NCBI GenBank assembly: GCA_000182565.2
Contig: KQ257451.1
DNA from: Spizellomyces punctatus DAOM BR117
Taxonomy: Eukaryota
Strand: one strand, 5' to 3'
Length of the DNA: 64,000 nt
Under the pieces are notes generated by a model, which had not been told where the DNA came from, made no database searches, and saw only the letters and a program-made list of their open reading frames with translations. Shown here in pieces: positions 15,342-28,604 of the stretch (the stretch's first letter is position 1; every line of letters begins with the position of its first letter). The position numbers and the translations under genes are program-made.

Positions 15342-16511
15342 TGGATGCACACGAATGATTTATGAACGATATTTTTCTTTAATTTGAAATGGATGTATAT
15401 AATTGTGGAAAAAAGCGGAGGCAGACGAGCTCTTTGTACAGTGGATACCCCAACGGAACAGCGGCGACTTCAGCCAAACGTCAAGCATTTGAAGCGGTGA
15501 AATTGGCGCAGACCCTAGAACTCGGAATCGAGCCATAACGATTGAACTAGACCATATTACAAGAGAGTTGTAAACGGAAACGATCAAGGAGGATTATACA
15601 CGATATACAGAGCAAGGGATAGTTACAAAATATTTATTTGGATCGAGGCGGAATTAGAGACTGACCAATAATTGCCAACGACAAAGCGACTATGGTGTGC
15701 AGGCGACGAGGAACGTTATTATATTATTTTTCTACTTTTTGTTTTTCAACTTTGTACTATAGAAAATGTGTTCAAAAAAGAAAAAAAGATTGGAAAGGTG
15801 TGAGTAGGTGTAAACTACTTAAGGGAGTTATTCTGTTTCTACATCTAAGGATCTTGTAATTTAAAATATCCGGAAAAGCAGGAAGCAGAGCTCCGAAAGC
15901 ACCGCTCCAAGTGGGCTCTTTGAGCCTACCCTTGATGATAGAAACGAGCAAATGATCGCAAATCATCCTAGTAAAGCACGTTTGTCGCGCATGCTAGCTG
16001 CTCGTTGCTTTTCTAAATCGCCGTCACATTCCGCTCTTACGAACAATACCAGGGCGTACGCACGTTTTCCTTTGCTGAACCATCACCTGTTCCGCTTGCC
16101 ACCCACCAAAAACGGGATCTACCCTCAGAAAAACATGAAGCAAAGCGATTCCAATCAAATATCCCTAACAACTATGCAATATGTCATTGATAAGGTATTC
16201 CCTCTTTGCATCCCATGGCGGAGACGGATGGATTTTTTGACATCATGTATTTTGATTTTTGAAAGATTGGACTGGTAATCGAAATAATATCCGACGATAT
16301 ATATAGACTCAAATCTCGCCAGAGTCTCGCCCTTGAGATCCATACTCCGCTTGTAAAACTGTTCTTATTGTACAGACATCGTTCTGGATATCTTATACCC
16401 TATCTGAGTTAAAAAAAAAAACATCCTTGAAGAGTTTTGTACACTGAAAAGCTACGATTTGACACGACATTCACTTCCGACGGATATCTTTGTACAGACA
16501 AACCATTTGCG

Positions 16512-19500
16512 ATGGGTTGCGGAAGTTCCAAAAATGCCAAAGGGGCTGTTGTGACGACTGGCGTCACAGTTCCAGCTGCCCATGCCGCAACTACTGTTGG
16601 AGCTGCTGATGCTACTAGAGCGGTACCCGTCGGCAAGGGTAAGACGCCAGCTACCGGAGTTCAGCAAGCTAGTAAAGAGCAGGTTCCGGCCCCGGTTACT
16701 TCAACGACTGCTGTAAAAGTTGCGGAGGCCTCTGCACCGCTTGATGACAAGAAGGGCCTGAGCAATCAAATTGCGAACCAGGTTGCAGCTTCTGGTGATG
16801 CCAAAGGCAAAGAGACATCAACCTCCGCCTTGGCTCAGTCTATCAGCGTTGCCATCAGTAAGCAGCTTTCGGCTTCTGAGAACCAATTGGCAAAACCGGA
16901 CACTGCACCCAAGGATAAGCAGGCTATTCTCAAGCAACTTACTGCCTCTGCGGAGAAGCTCAATAAAAAGGAAAACAGCAAATCTGGCAGCAAGTCTGGC
17001 AGCAAAGCATCACTTGCTCCTACCCGCGCTTCCCAAACTATTGCTCAAGCGATCAGCACAGGTATCGCTCAACAACTCTCCGCATCTGCTGGAGAAATCT
17101 CCGACAAACCCCAACAAAATACGGTAGCAAAGTCGCTTCAGAATGTTGTAGCAAGCGAACACGCTGGTGTGAAACCCGAGCAGGTCGACGTCAAAAGCAT
17201 TGAAGTAACGACCGAAATCCACCATGGGGCTGGTGGACAACCGGCTACGGTCCATGCTTCAGTGGTGGCTGTTTCGGACGTTCCGGTTACTAAATCAGCA
17301 TCTATTAATGCCCTTCAGCAGCATGACAAGGACAAGGCAAAGTCGCATTCGTCGATTGCTCCGGTCAAAAAGGCAGCGTCCGTCAAAAGCCTTAAAGGCG
17401 AGGAAGGTGTAGTGAAGAAAAGTCATACAAGCTTGGCGCAAGACGTCAAGAAGAGCCATGCGAGCGTTGCGGAAAAAGAAGATCATTTATCACCTGCTGC
17501 CCGCAAAAGTCTTGAACAGCTCAATGCTGAGCTAGCTGAAATGAAAAAGGGCTCCTCAAAGCATAGCGTGCAAACGGGTGCGTCTCAGAGTAGCTTGAAA
17601 GGCAACGAAACCGCCAAGAGCAACCAAAACCTCTCAGAAGCGACACATCAAAATGAAGCAAAGAAGTCAACTGAACAGCTTAACGCCGAGCTAAAGAAGA
17701 ATCCGTCTCAAGCAAGCTTGAAAAAGAGCGACTCTCGTAAAAGCATTACCGTTTTAGTCAAGAAAAACGGATCCAGATCTAGCCTCCTCGCAGAATCCAA
17801 GAAAAGCCATGAACATCTCGCCAACGACGAAAAAGAAAAATCAAAGGACGAGCTTTCTCCTGGCGCTAAAAAAAGTCTCGAACAGCTTAACGATCAACTC
17901 GCTCTTGAACGCAATTTGTCAAAAGAAAAGGCAGCCAGCGTCCAGCTTGATGGAAGCCAAGTTAAGAAAGAAGTCAAGAAGAGCACCGAAAATCTCAAAA
18001 GCAGTCTAAACAACTTGGTGCACCACGAGAAAAAGGAACACCACGTCAACGCCGCTGCGGAACGCAGTTTACATGAATTGAACAAGGAATTGGAACAAGA
18101 GAAGCACCAACACAAGAGCAAGGAGCACCTAAACCAGCCTGAGCAGGTCAATGATGATGCGGTCGCTGTTGCCGTTGCACCAGTGGAAGGACACAAACAT
18201 AGCACAGAGACAGAGTTGAGTGAACATCATCACCGTAGCCTGAAAGACCTTGCAGGGGAGGTCAAAGCAAGCCTCAAGAATCTCGTGGACCAGGAATCCT
18301 CATCTGTGGTTGTTGCCCCAGCTGTCGTTCCAGAAACACAGCAACCTCCACTTGAAAAACAAGAAGATCATCACCGCAGCGTTAAAGAGCTTGCCGCGGA
18401 TGCAAAGCACAGCCTTCAAAACCTTGTTGGCAGCAAGAACAAGCTGAATGAACCTGAAGTAAAGGCTCATGAACCTGTTGCCGTGTCAGAAAACAACGAG
18501 ACAATCCGCCACCGAAGCGTTCATGAGCTCGCCGCTGATGTGAAGAACAGTGTTCATAACCTTGTTGGCAGCAGAAACAAACTTAACGAATCAGAGGGAA
18601 AAGATACCGAACCTGTTGTCCCCGCCGCAAACACTAACAGAATCGGTGGAAGCAAGGACCAGCTAAATGAATCCGCTCCCCTCGTCCCACCTTCAACTTC
18701 AACCGTCCCTGATATCCCAAGCAATGCTCTCGACAATTCCGAGCACCACCATCGCAGTATCAAGGAACTTGCCACCGATATCAAGCACAGCGCACAAAAC
18801 CTTGCCCACAGCCACAGCAAGAGCAAGGAGCCTTTGGTAGAGTCCACCGTTCAGCCCGCGGAGGAACTCAGCCCGATTCACGAAAAAGAGTCACATCACC
18901 GGAGTTTGAAAGAACTTGCCAGCAGTGCAAAGCAAAGCCTACAGAACCTTGTTGGAAGCAAGAGTAGGGAACACCTTGCTGAGCATCCTCCTGCGGACCA
19001 AGTGGAGCCGCAAGTTCCTACGGCCTCCCGTAATGACCTTACCAGTCAAAACACCATCAATGAGCATCTCAAACAATCCTACCAGCAGCAAGAAGAGTGG
19101 GAAAAGAACAGATCCACTCCAGCACTCAACAAGAGCAGCTCAAAACGTAGTTTGAAAGAGGTCGCTTCGGAAACCAAACAAAGTGTCAAGAATCTCCTTC
19201 ACATCGGCCACAAGGAAGCACAGCCAGAGTCCGTCAGTACTGTTACAACGACCGTTGTCGCCGACGGTGATGTCGGTGTCGTTTCGGTTGTCAGCCCAGA
19301 AGAGGTTATCACCGTAGAATCCGGAGAAAACCGCGCCGTCCACATTCCAAAACAAACCCATGAAGAAGATGTCGAATCTGTTGCTCAGCGCAAGAAAGCC
19401 GAAAGAAGGGCTTCAAAAACAGCGCAAAAGTCTGAAGCTCCACAAAAGACTGAACAAGGCCCAATTCGAATGATCACATACTCTCCATCCCAACAGAAAT

Positions 19501-20748
19501 TGCAGGATCTCGAAAAGGAAGCGGCGGCAGCGACACCTTCACTTGAAACCCATGTAGAAGTCGATGTTTCCAAGCATTCACCGTTAGAGCCGGAACCACA
19601 AGAAAAACACGCAGATCACAAAAAGAGCATCCGTGACCTTGCAAACGATGCAAAGAAATCCATTCAGAACCTCATGCACATCGGCTCTCACCATAAAACG
19701 GAGGAACAACAATCTGTCAATGTCACTGGAACTGTGGATGTCACTCCATCTGAAGCGGTGGCTGATCCTGCTGTTCGTCACTCTGCTGAGAATCTAGCCA
19801 AAGATGTCAACAAAGAAATTCGTGCATCTGCTCACCAACTAGAGAAAGCGGTTGAAAAGTCTAGTACAGCTGACGTTCATGTCTCTTCTACAGCGTTGAA
19901 CAAGGCACCCGTTGCTGGGTCGACCAAAAACATTGCCAAGGACGTTGTTGGACACGCTGAAACTCAAGCTGAGACGCAGATCAATGCACAGAACAAGTCG
20001 TCCCGTCCGACAAGCCCAAAAGAAAAGACGTCTAGACCGTCCTCTCCTCCCAAGAAGGCTGTGTCACGGCCTTCTAGCCCTCCCAAGGCCACAAGTCCTA
20101 AAGGCTCTACAGCTGCCTTGAATAAGAACACCAGTCCAAAAGCTTCAAGCAACGCGCTTCACAAGGCTCCCAGCACGACCGTCAAGAACTCCAAAGGATC
20201 AACAGCGGCATTGAACAGTGGACGACCCCGCAGCCCTCCCAGGCGTTCGAACGAGAGTCTCACCAAGAGCCATACCAGTCCCAAAGGATCCTCTCAGTAC
20301 ATTGCCACCAGCGCATCCAAGGGATCGACCGGCTCTCTTGCCCGATCCACCAATGTAAAAGGATCGGCACCTGTACTGGCGCATGCAACAAAGGGATCGA
20401 CTCAAGTCCTAGCCGCGACCTCTGCCAAGGGATCTACAGTAGCCATTTCCCAGTCGACTCAATCCTTGGTGAAAGGGGCCGCGACACACAAGTCAGCTGC
20501 AGCTGTGGCTACGGGCTCTCGTGGAAACTTGACAGGTGCGACTTCGTCACCATCGGTGCGTCAGGATGGACCTGTGGTAATGAGGACGGGTTCGGCTGGG
20601 TCTCGGAAGGGAAGGACTGAACATAAATGTGAGTGGTGCTATACCTTTGCTCTGATCGCTTGCCCGTAAACTGATGCATATCCTCAATCTTTTAGCAAAC
20701 GAACGCCTTCGTAGTGAATCCCCCAGCATGCGGCACATCCTCGCTTGA
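16512..20748 (+). CDS. Large low-complexity Ser/Lys/His-rich repeat protein with N-terminal dual-acylation motif
   Basis: ORF of about 1400 codons. The likely start is MGCGSSK at 16512. A terminal intron 20629-20695 gives the C-terminus SNERLRSESPSMRHILA. Confidence 0.85.
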
Positions 20749-20980
20749 GGTAGCATGTGCGATGCAGTGGTGTTATAGAGCGCTATTTCGAGTGTGATTG
20801 GGAAAGAATTAGCCTGTTTATATTCCGTATATCGGATTGAGCGGTTTCAAACCTTTGTTATTTTTGCGTTTTTCAAACATGAAAAGAATTGCTTAATTGA
20901 AATCTTTTTTTTTGGCGTTTATTTTGTTTGCTAATACATACAGTATGTGATGATACATAAAAGGCTAACGTTGGTATCCA

Positions 20981-22305
20981 CTATCTAGCGCTACCAATTG
21001 CACTCTGCTCCGCCTCCTGCACTTTCTTCCAATACTTTGCTGTCCGCTTCAAGCCCTCCTCTAGACTAACAATCGGTTTATACCCCAACACATTCTTCGC
21101 TTTTGAAATATCCAGGTAACGGTTGTTGGTAATAACCTGTACTCTAAATTTGTTAAATGTTGGATCGATCTTTTTGACAGGGCGAAGGACGGCTACGACA
21201 ATGTCCACTAGTGAGCCGAGAACAAGTCCAATGGACTTTGGGATGCGCGTTCTAAGGGTATTTCGGTAACCGAGTTCGTTATAGAGAAACTTGGGAATAT
21301 CCCAAAAGAAAACGGGTGTGTCATTTGTGATATAGAATGCCTTTAGTAGGAAACGCGTGGATGATGAGATACTAGACTAATATATATGCAGCTGGACTAA
21401 TTCCTTTCAAAATACCTCTCCAGCGACCCCTGGCCGTTGATCCAAGTTCTCCGCCGCCAAAATATGCGCATATGAAACATTGTCAACATATGTCCAATCA
21501 AAAAGAGAGGAATTGTCGCCAATCATGAACTTCCAGTTGCCTTTCTTTGCCGCTTCATATAAACCTTTGCTGGCATTGTTGTCACTAGATTGGACAATCA
21601 CTTAGCTAGCCCAGTTGAATGGGTTGTTGTCAAAAAAGACAGACAATAGACTTACGCAGGTCCAAAAATGCCGGCAGGTCGTAATGATACTGTGAGCAAT
21701 CCGCCTTTTCCATTTGCCTCGAGAATCAGCCTTTCTGCCGCAGCCTGCCGACCCCGGTGATTAGCATGCGTAACACTCTACTTATATCACAAATTTTGTC
21801 CACCTTGGTCTCATTATAGGTATCCATGTGCACCTTACAATACGGATCCTTCTCCGTCCCATTTCTTACGTCTTGGCCATTATATGTCACGCTGGCAGAA
21901 CTCGTATAGACCAACTTTCTTACTCCACTCTGAACGCACGCGTCAATAACGTTCCGAGTTCCCTCCACGTTAACCTTCCAATACACAGGTGTTCGCATGT
22001 TTTCTATCACTGCTGCTGTGTGAATCACAACATTTTTATCCTTGCAAGCGGCTACTACATCGGAAGGTTTTGTAATATCCCCAGTAATAAAGGATTTGAC
22101 TCGTGGATCCGAAAAGGTCTGCCGAACATCGAAGACGTGTACTTCACTGTCTTTTTGATCGAGTAGCATTTCTACAATCCTTCTGCCTAGGAAACCTCCC
22201 CCGCCAACTACCAGATATGCATTCTATAGGGAATAGGTTAAATGTCAGGACCACTGAGGCGCGCCTAGATCACACACCTTTTGGACCATCGTTCTCGTTT
22301 CCCAT
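20981..22305 (-). CDS. ERG26: Sterol-4-alpha-carboxylate 3-dehydrogenase (3-beta-HSD/NSDHL family)
   Basis: GGGGFLG Rossmann motif, VNVEGTRNVI, YTSSASV, YNETK, LRPAGIFGP, FDWTYVDN and FYITNDTP across exons. Confidence 0.92.
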
Positions 22306-23218
22306 ACACTTCCGGCTCACGCAGAAGCCTTTCAGTGAACTATTACTGTGTAGATCTGTGATGACTGGCTTAAACTCTGTAGATTTCAGCCTCGTGCAGT
22401 AAATGCTGGCCACAATGCGGAAAGCGTGAAAGCTATGTCAGGTCATCCAAGATCAGCCCACCTAGACTGACTCAGCGATCACGTAACCCTTTTCCGCCCA
22501 TAACATCACCAAGTATAAAAGGTTCGTATGTTATTACAATTATGACATTGGACATGTAAACAAGAATCTGCTGAGGGATAAGGAAAAAATATCTCAATTT
22601 ATTCTTGCACCCTCGTCCTTGCACCGATGTTTGGTCGGTGATGTAAAGTCTTGATTGAGAAGAGCGTAATAGCTGTAACCAGAACTATTAAATACGGATT
22701 CAAAATATTCTCCGGGTGGGCTTTGTGGGTTCTTGCCCTCGGAAAATATCATATATTTGGGAACTAACCCTGGCTTACTTGCCTCGGAGAAGAGAATTCA
22801 ACCTTCAAAGCTGTCTATTGCATGTGCACTTCTGGAAAATATCCGCGAATACAAGGACGTATTTTCGGAAAGTAATCCTTGGATCTGCATCTATTTCTGT
22901 CCCTGTTGCGGCAATTTATGGAAATCCAAAACCAACTGGATTGGGGATATGGTCGCGAACTAAATACGAACGGAAGAGATTCTGGTAGGCTCGACCCCAT
23001 TTCCCCATTGGACACTCATAATTCCGAAGTGGTGGGAGAGCTATTTGGCTTCAATTGATGGGATGTCAAATTGCTGCCTGCCACATCCAGAAGAGCGAAT
23101 ACATAACGTATTACAGTGCGCTATCTTCGCCTGTTGTGTAATTTAGCTGTTTCTACACTCTCCAGTCGGACATAACTCTCCCCAGTCTTGTATCTTCCCG
23201 CCTATCATCAGGTCATTC

Positions 23219-24412
23219 ATGTCGACAGCTCTACCGGCCCTACCTACAACTACAATGCCAAATTATGTCCCGTCGGGGGCCTTGCCAGCACCGACATGGG
23301 GAGGAGTACACATTGTAACGGGAAGCGACATGAACGGCCTATTGAACAGCGGACAACATGCTATGGGAGGGATGGGATTGCTGCATCAGCAACTTGGCGC
23401 GGGCGCCGCGGTGCACCCCGTCCATATGATACCAAAGTCGTTCATGGCCATGGATCCAATACTGTTCAATAGTATCAGCCCAGATATGTTATTTGCTCAT
23501 GGACACCAACCGGTTTTCTCAGCGTACGAATCCCACGAAGTGCAGCACGACAACATGGGCCAAGACCGCTCGGATTCGCCGACGCTGTCATCGAGCTTGA
23601 GCGACGAGGCCGGTAATTCGATTTCAGGTGAAGGCGGGGAGGGGGCCCTCGGCATTGATGAGTTATTGGATTTTGGGGATGGTGTGGATCACAGCCACCA
23701 CATGGGTTATCAAGATAAATCAGAGGATGGGGGAAACAGGGGACATGCAAGCACAGATGCGGGGACTCCTCATACATTAGCGCTTGCGGTTTCATCGGCG
23801 CCGCAAATGTTGTCCATGGCAGGACCTTCGGGACCAGGAGCCTTTTACTCTACCATGCCCAACATGCCCAACATCCACATGATGTTACCCGGAACCATCC
23901 CCTTTCCAGCCCAATTTGCTTCACCCTATCTTGGCCCACATTACAGCCCCGACTCCACCACCACATCCCCCGCCACCGCCTTTCACTTCTCGCCGGGAAG
24001 TGTTCCCGCGTTACCCAAGAAAATAACACCAGCGACCTCTTCACCCGGTCCTCTGGCTTGCCCATATGCAGATTGTGATAAAACCTTTGCAAAACCTTTC
24101 GCCCTCCGGGCACACGTCAAATCTCATGGAGCCGAACGGACATACCGCTGCGAACTGTGCGAAGCCAGCTTTCGGAGGAGTCATGATTTGAAGAGACATT
24201 TTCGGAGCATACATACAGTTATTAAGCCGTTTGGATGCGAAAGTTGTGGAAAACGGTTCTCCAGAATGGTGAGGGTGCCGCTTCGTAGTTGATATTTCAA
24301 ATGAATCTGCTATCGCAACATCCGACCAACTCCTTGTTTCCTTCCCTTGTAGGATGCCCTTAAGCGCCACGTCTCTCGACAAGGTAGCCCTTGCTACGTT
24401 CGTCTTCCCTAA
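23219..24412 (+). CDS. C2H2 zinc-finger transcription factor (three fingers)
   Basis: CPYADC..HVKSH, CELC..HFRSIH and CESC..FSRM/DALKRH. An intron at ~24269-24352 splits the third finger. Confidence 0.92.
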
Positions 24413-25339
24413 CCCAATAACCCCTCTCAAACAGCCGCTGGATAGTTGATTTGGCCGGAATCCAGTACCTGGCGCGTGCAGCAAAGCGTTGTTCCCTGAT
24501 TCTATTAGGTGCTCTTCCCTTGTTTGCTCCTTTGTATCTAGATCAGATTCCCACTTTGAAATATAAGTGGCTTTGAGTAAAAATGGCTACGTCCTGTTGT
24601 TCAAGGTGTCGGATCTGGACATCAGACCTGTAAATCTACAAGATATCTCATTGATTAGTGGAAAGCTGTCTGAACCTGTTCAGTAATCAACCGAAGCTAC
24701 ACCGTTGCCATCGATGAGCGGTGCATGCTGCCCACCTTACCATGGAACAAGCTTGTTTTGTTCGACTGGATTGTACCAACTAGGTGATGCTCGAGCGCGT
24801 CCCTTGGCAGATATGTGCGTTGGCCTGGTACAGTCGTCAAGGGAAAAGTTAGCACTTGCGAGCGCTCACCATATGCACTCCACTCCTAAAGAAATCCGCA
24901 TTATCTTCCTCATCAGATAGATTATATTTGCACCCTCTTATGCCAAAGTGATTGGCTGATTCTAATCTTAACTTCCGTCTGCTCGACTACTGTACCAATA
25001 GTTTCAGCCGGCATTTTGATGCAGAAGCTTTAGTCTGAAGGCTCGTCCTGTATGTGACACGGATGTTCCAATGCGGTGACGCTTCACATACTATGATTCT
25101 TTAAGAAACCAACAACATCTTTTTTAGATGCCATGCACAGCTCGTCATTTTTACCATTTCTGTCAGGAACATACAACTAGTATCGAATTTTTCATCGGAC
25201 AAGTGTTTCTGCTGTGTTCCCGTTATTTGTCCGATGAAATAGTCGATACTAGTTGTACAATAAGACGATCAAAAAAATTACAAGGAGAGTATATTGCAAA
25301 GAACCAAAAATAATCATGATACAAAAAGTCAGGTCATCG

Positions 25340-27478
25340 TCAATCTTTCAAGTGGAAGAGATGCATGAAAAAAGTCTTATTCTCAATATAATCTTCAATC
25401 GTGTTGTGACTCGCTAGAAGAGTATGATTTAGCACAAGCCGGATATATCGATTCGTAATAACAGCGGACCTGATGCATCGATGATACGCTCCAAATGTGG
25501 CATCACTTCCCACAGCGGAACAAAGAGGGTAAATTCCAATGCGGTATAAATGGGGAACTCGTTAGCCATGACTTCCTTTGGAGCCACGTCTAGGACTTTC
25601 TCCATTGTCTAGAAACGAGGAAGTTCAAATCTTCATCGTCAACGTCAATGCCTGGGCCACCTACCTCCAAAAGCTTGGTATAATTGACCTCCTTTGGGTC
25701 ATTCACCTTTGCAGCGAGAAACAAGCAGACCGCTAAACCCGCAACGAGGTGTTCATATAAAGCTTTCTTTCCACTTTGCACTTGTACGTGGAACTACATA
25801 CCAGCGACAAGCCTTCGCGTTTCCTTGCTGACAAGGTTCTGCTCATCCACAATTTAACTGTAACTTCATTACCTGCATCGGATAGACGTGGTACAAACCT
25901 TCAGAACCAGCTTTTCGAAATATACATATGCGCAAGCAACACTCGAAAGCTCCAAGTCCTATACCTGAGATTAGATGCGAGGACAACCGATAATCCACTC
26001 ATATGACGTTCCCACCTGCATTTCACCGACTTTCAACAGCCGATCCTTCAATCGTCGAATTTGTGTCAATGTCAAGGTAGAATCTACCGTCGGATGTGTC
26101 TCTCTAAAATGCTCATTCAGCTCCTTCTTGATGTCCGATGGTTTGCTGTACTGGATAATAGACCCCTTGGTAACGGCGCGAAGGCTTGGGTTATAAATCG
26201 AAAAAGTAATAGCTTCTGATTACTTATATATGTACCATGAAACAAGGGAGCGTAATCACAGTCCGGTGTTTTCCGGTACGAAGCTCGGGGTCGTCCAGGA
26301 AGAAAGGATGGTACAAGGAATTCTCCACCGTTTTGGGTCTAAAAAAGACAGTAATCAGCGTAACTCTCTCCATTGATTGACGCTGGTTATGATCTTACTC
26401 AAGGCTTAAGGCTGGTTCCAAAAGATGGGCGTAGGATTGGGCGAACTGAACGATTGCGTCAAAATGTAGATTACCGACTATAGGTAGTCTATCTGAACTT
26501 ACTTTTCTTCGCTTCACTGCGTCCATATTTAAATTAAACCCAATCTTATCACTATATTAACATATCGGCTGCCTAAGTAAGGTGAGGAGCGGAGAGCGAC
26601 AATAAGGACAATTCTTACAAGTAATGGGGGGCAAACTTTGACGATCGTGTCCGACGTCGTCGTGGTTTAGATTTTGCATCTCTATACGGAATTATTGAGA
26701 ACACTGACAGTGGCGCACCCTGTATAATTGATATATCAGCTGCAGGTTCCAGTATGAGCAAAAGCTTTGACCCTCACAGTTACGGTTGTGAGCGTCACTC
26801 GATGTCCTGACATTGTATTGCAGGGGCTCACGCTTCCAACGTCGGTCAACGAGCCGCGACGAGAGGTACTGTCGCGCTGTCGGTTGAGCACTCTACCAGA
26901 GTAGATCTGATATGCTGGAGGCATATAGGATGCTTGTGCTAAACGGCCCAATATGTATGATTAAGCGGATGCAGCCTCAAAGTGAGCCAGCTGGAGAGAC
27001 GCTCACGTGTATTAGATACGCCAAGGCTTTGCATGGTTTCAGAGAATCCTGTGGAGGCAAAGCTACCTCCTAATGGTACGGGGAACTGTAAAGGAACTTG
27101 CTCGACGCTAGGTACTTTCTCTTTGTCGGAACTTGCGTCGAGGCTGATACTGGCTAAAAAGCTTATGGCTGCTTTCTCCTTCTCATTGTACTGCCGTTGC
27201 ACTGGTGGGGCCTTTTCGTACTGGACAGTATCAACGACATTAGGTGGAATCAGCTCCTCCACTCCAACTCCATTTTGAGACGCCGATTGTCGTGGCTTCT
27301 CAACAGCAATATCTGGAACATCTTGAGCAGCAGGAGACACTGGTTTGGAAGATCCAGGCCGGTTGGACTGCGGGGGTTTTGGTTTAGAGTCCTTTCCAAG
27401 ACTAATGTTCGCTAAAAAACTGAGTGCCGCGGCTCGACGGTTAGCCGACTTTCGCTCAGGCTGCGGAGAGTCTTCCAT
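25340..27478 (-). CDS. CABLES-like protein (CDK5/ABL1 enzyme substrate; C-terminal cyclin-like domain), multi-exon
   Basis: N-terminal RRAAALSFLANISL. Spliced LDDPELRTGKHRTVITL, IKKELNEHFRETHP..LTLTQIRRLK, AYVYFEKLVLK, CLFLAAKVND and EFPIYTALEFTL match CABLES hallmarks. Confidence 0.85.
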
Positions 27479-27844
27479 GCAAAAGTCGAACAGCGTTGTC
27501 TTTATCGACTAATTTCCGACTTTTGTTACAATGGAAACCGCTCTTCTCCGAGTCATACGTCTACGTTTGTCAATGTCGAGAGCGGAAAGCCAGTGCAGGA
27601 ACATCGCAGCCAGGTCGAGCGAGCAGTGGACGTGACTCACCCCGCCTGCACGTGTCGCGTTTACATAAGCAGTAACTTGAGAGCGATCTTGCCAACCAGC
27701 CATAGCAACCGCCTGTGGCACGGATGCCAGTTGTGGGCACAGTCATACAAACAGATTCTTGACATTTTGTCAACAAGCAAAATTACACCCCAGTCCCCTT
27801 ATTGCTTGCAACCATCGTTCATCCTCAACACCTAGTTGATCAAC

Positions 27845-28419
27845 ATGTCCAACCTTTTCAGATTCGCGCGGGTTGTTCCACGTTTGACGCCTCGTCTCGT
27901 CCAGACTCCCGTCTTCCAACCCGCTCGTCTCACTCCCATCACCCTCGCGACCCGTTTCTACTCGGCTGAGAAGGCTCCATTGACGCCTCAACAGGTCGAG
28001 GACAGGGTGCTGCAACTGCTTCGCGATTTCGACAAGGTTGACGCTTCAAAGGTATGTAGTCAGGCGCCTAGTTATAGAAGATTGTGTGCTCATTGCTTTG
28101 CGCTAGTTGAACTTGGACGCCCACTTTATCAACGACCTTGGCTTGGACAGTCTTGACCAAGTGGAGATTACGATGGCGGTATGTGTTTCAGTCAATTGGC
28201 AAGAACCCATGGCAGTAGTTAATTAAAAAACTACCGTCTTTTAGTTGGAGGATGAGTTCAACATTGAGATTCCAGACCGTGATGCCGAAGAGATTATGAC
28301 TCCTCGGCAGGCATCTGAAAAGGTAATTTTGTTCATGCATAGATCGCGAATATCTCTATGGATTGTTGATCATCTCACTTCTCCCACGGCAGATTTTCGC
28401 AAACAAAAACGCTATGTAG
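27845..28419 (+). CDS. ACP1: Mitochondrial acyl carrier protein
   Basis: Arg-rich presequence, then DLGLDSLDQVE (phosphopantetheine Ser) and EDEFNIEIPD. Four exons. Confidence 0.95.
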
Positions 28420-28604
28420 AAGCGTCACAGATAGAGACTGGCTGATCGTGTAAATTCATTTGTTCACAATATATAATGCCCCATGGTGATTGCGAATCGT
28501 CTCATTTTTCCAAGTGGCGCCCTATGCATTCGACGAATGACGCAGGCACCAGATTTGCATAAGACGCCGGATGATTGCCCAATATTTCCGCTGCGGAATG
28601 TTTT

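Noticed and set aside
22733-22963. Short ORF with a CPCCG motif between ERG26 and the zinc-finger gene
   Set aside because: No ATG start, no second Cys pair and no recognisable family; it cannot be supported as a gene.
24407-24424. CCCTAACCCAATAACCCC telomere-like sequence
   Set aside because: Only about 1.5 imperfect units overlapping the zinc-finger gene's stop codon, with no array or structured context.
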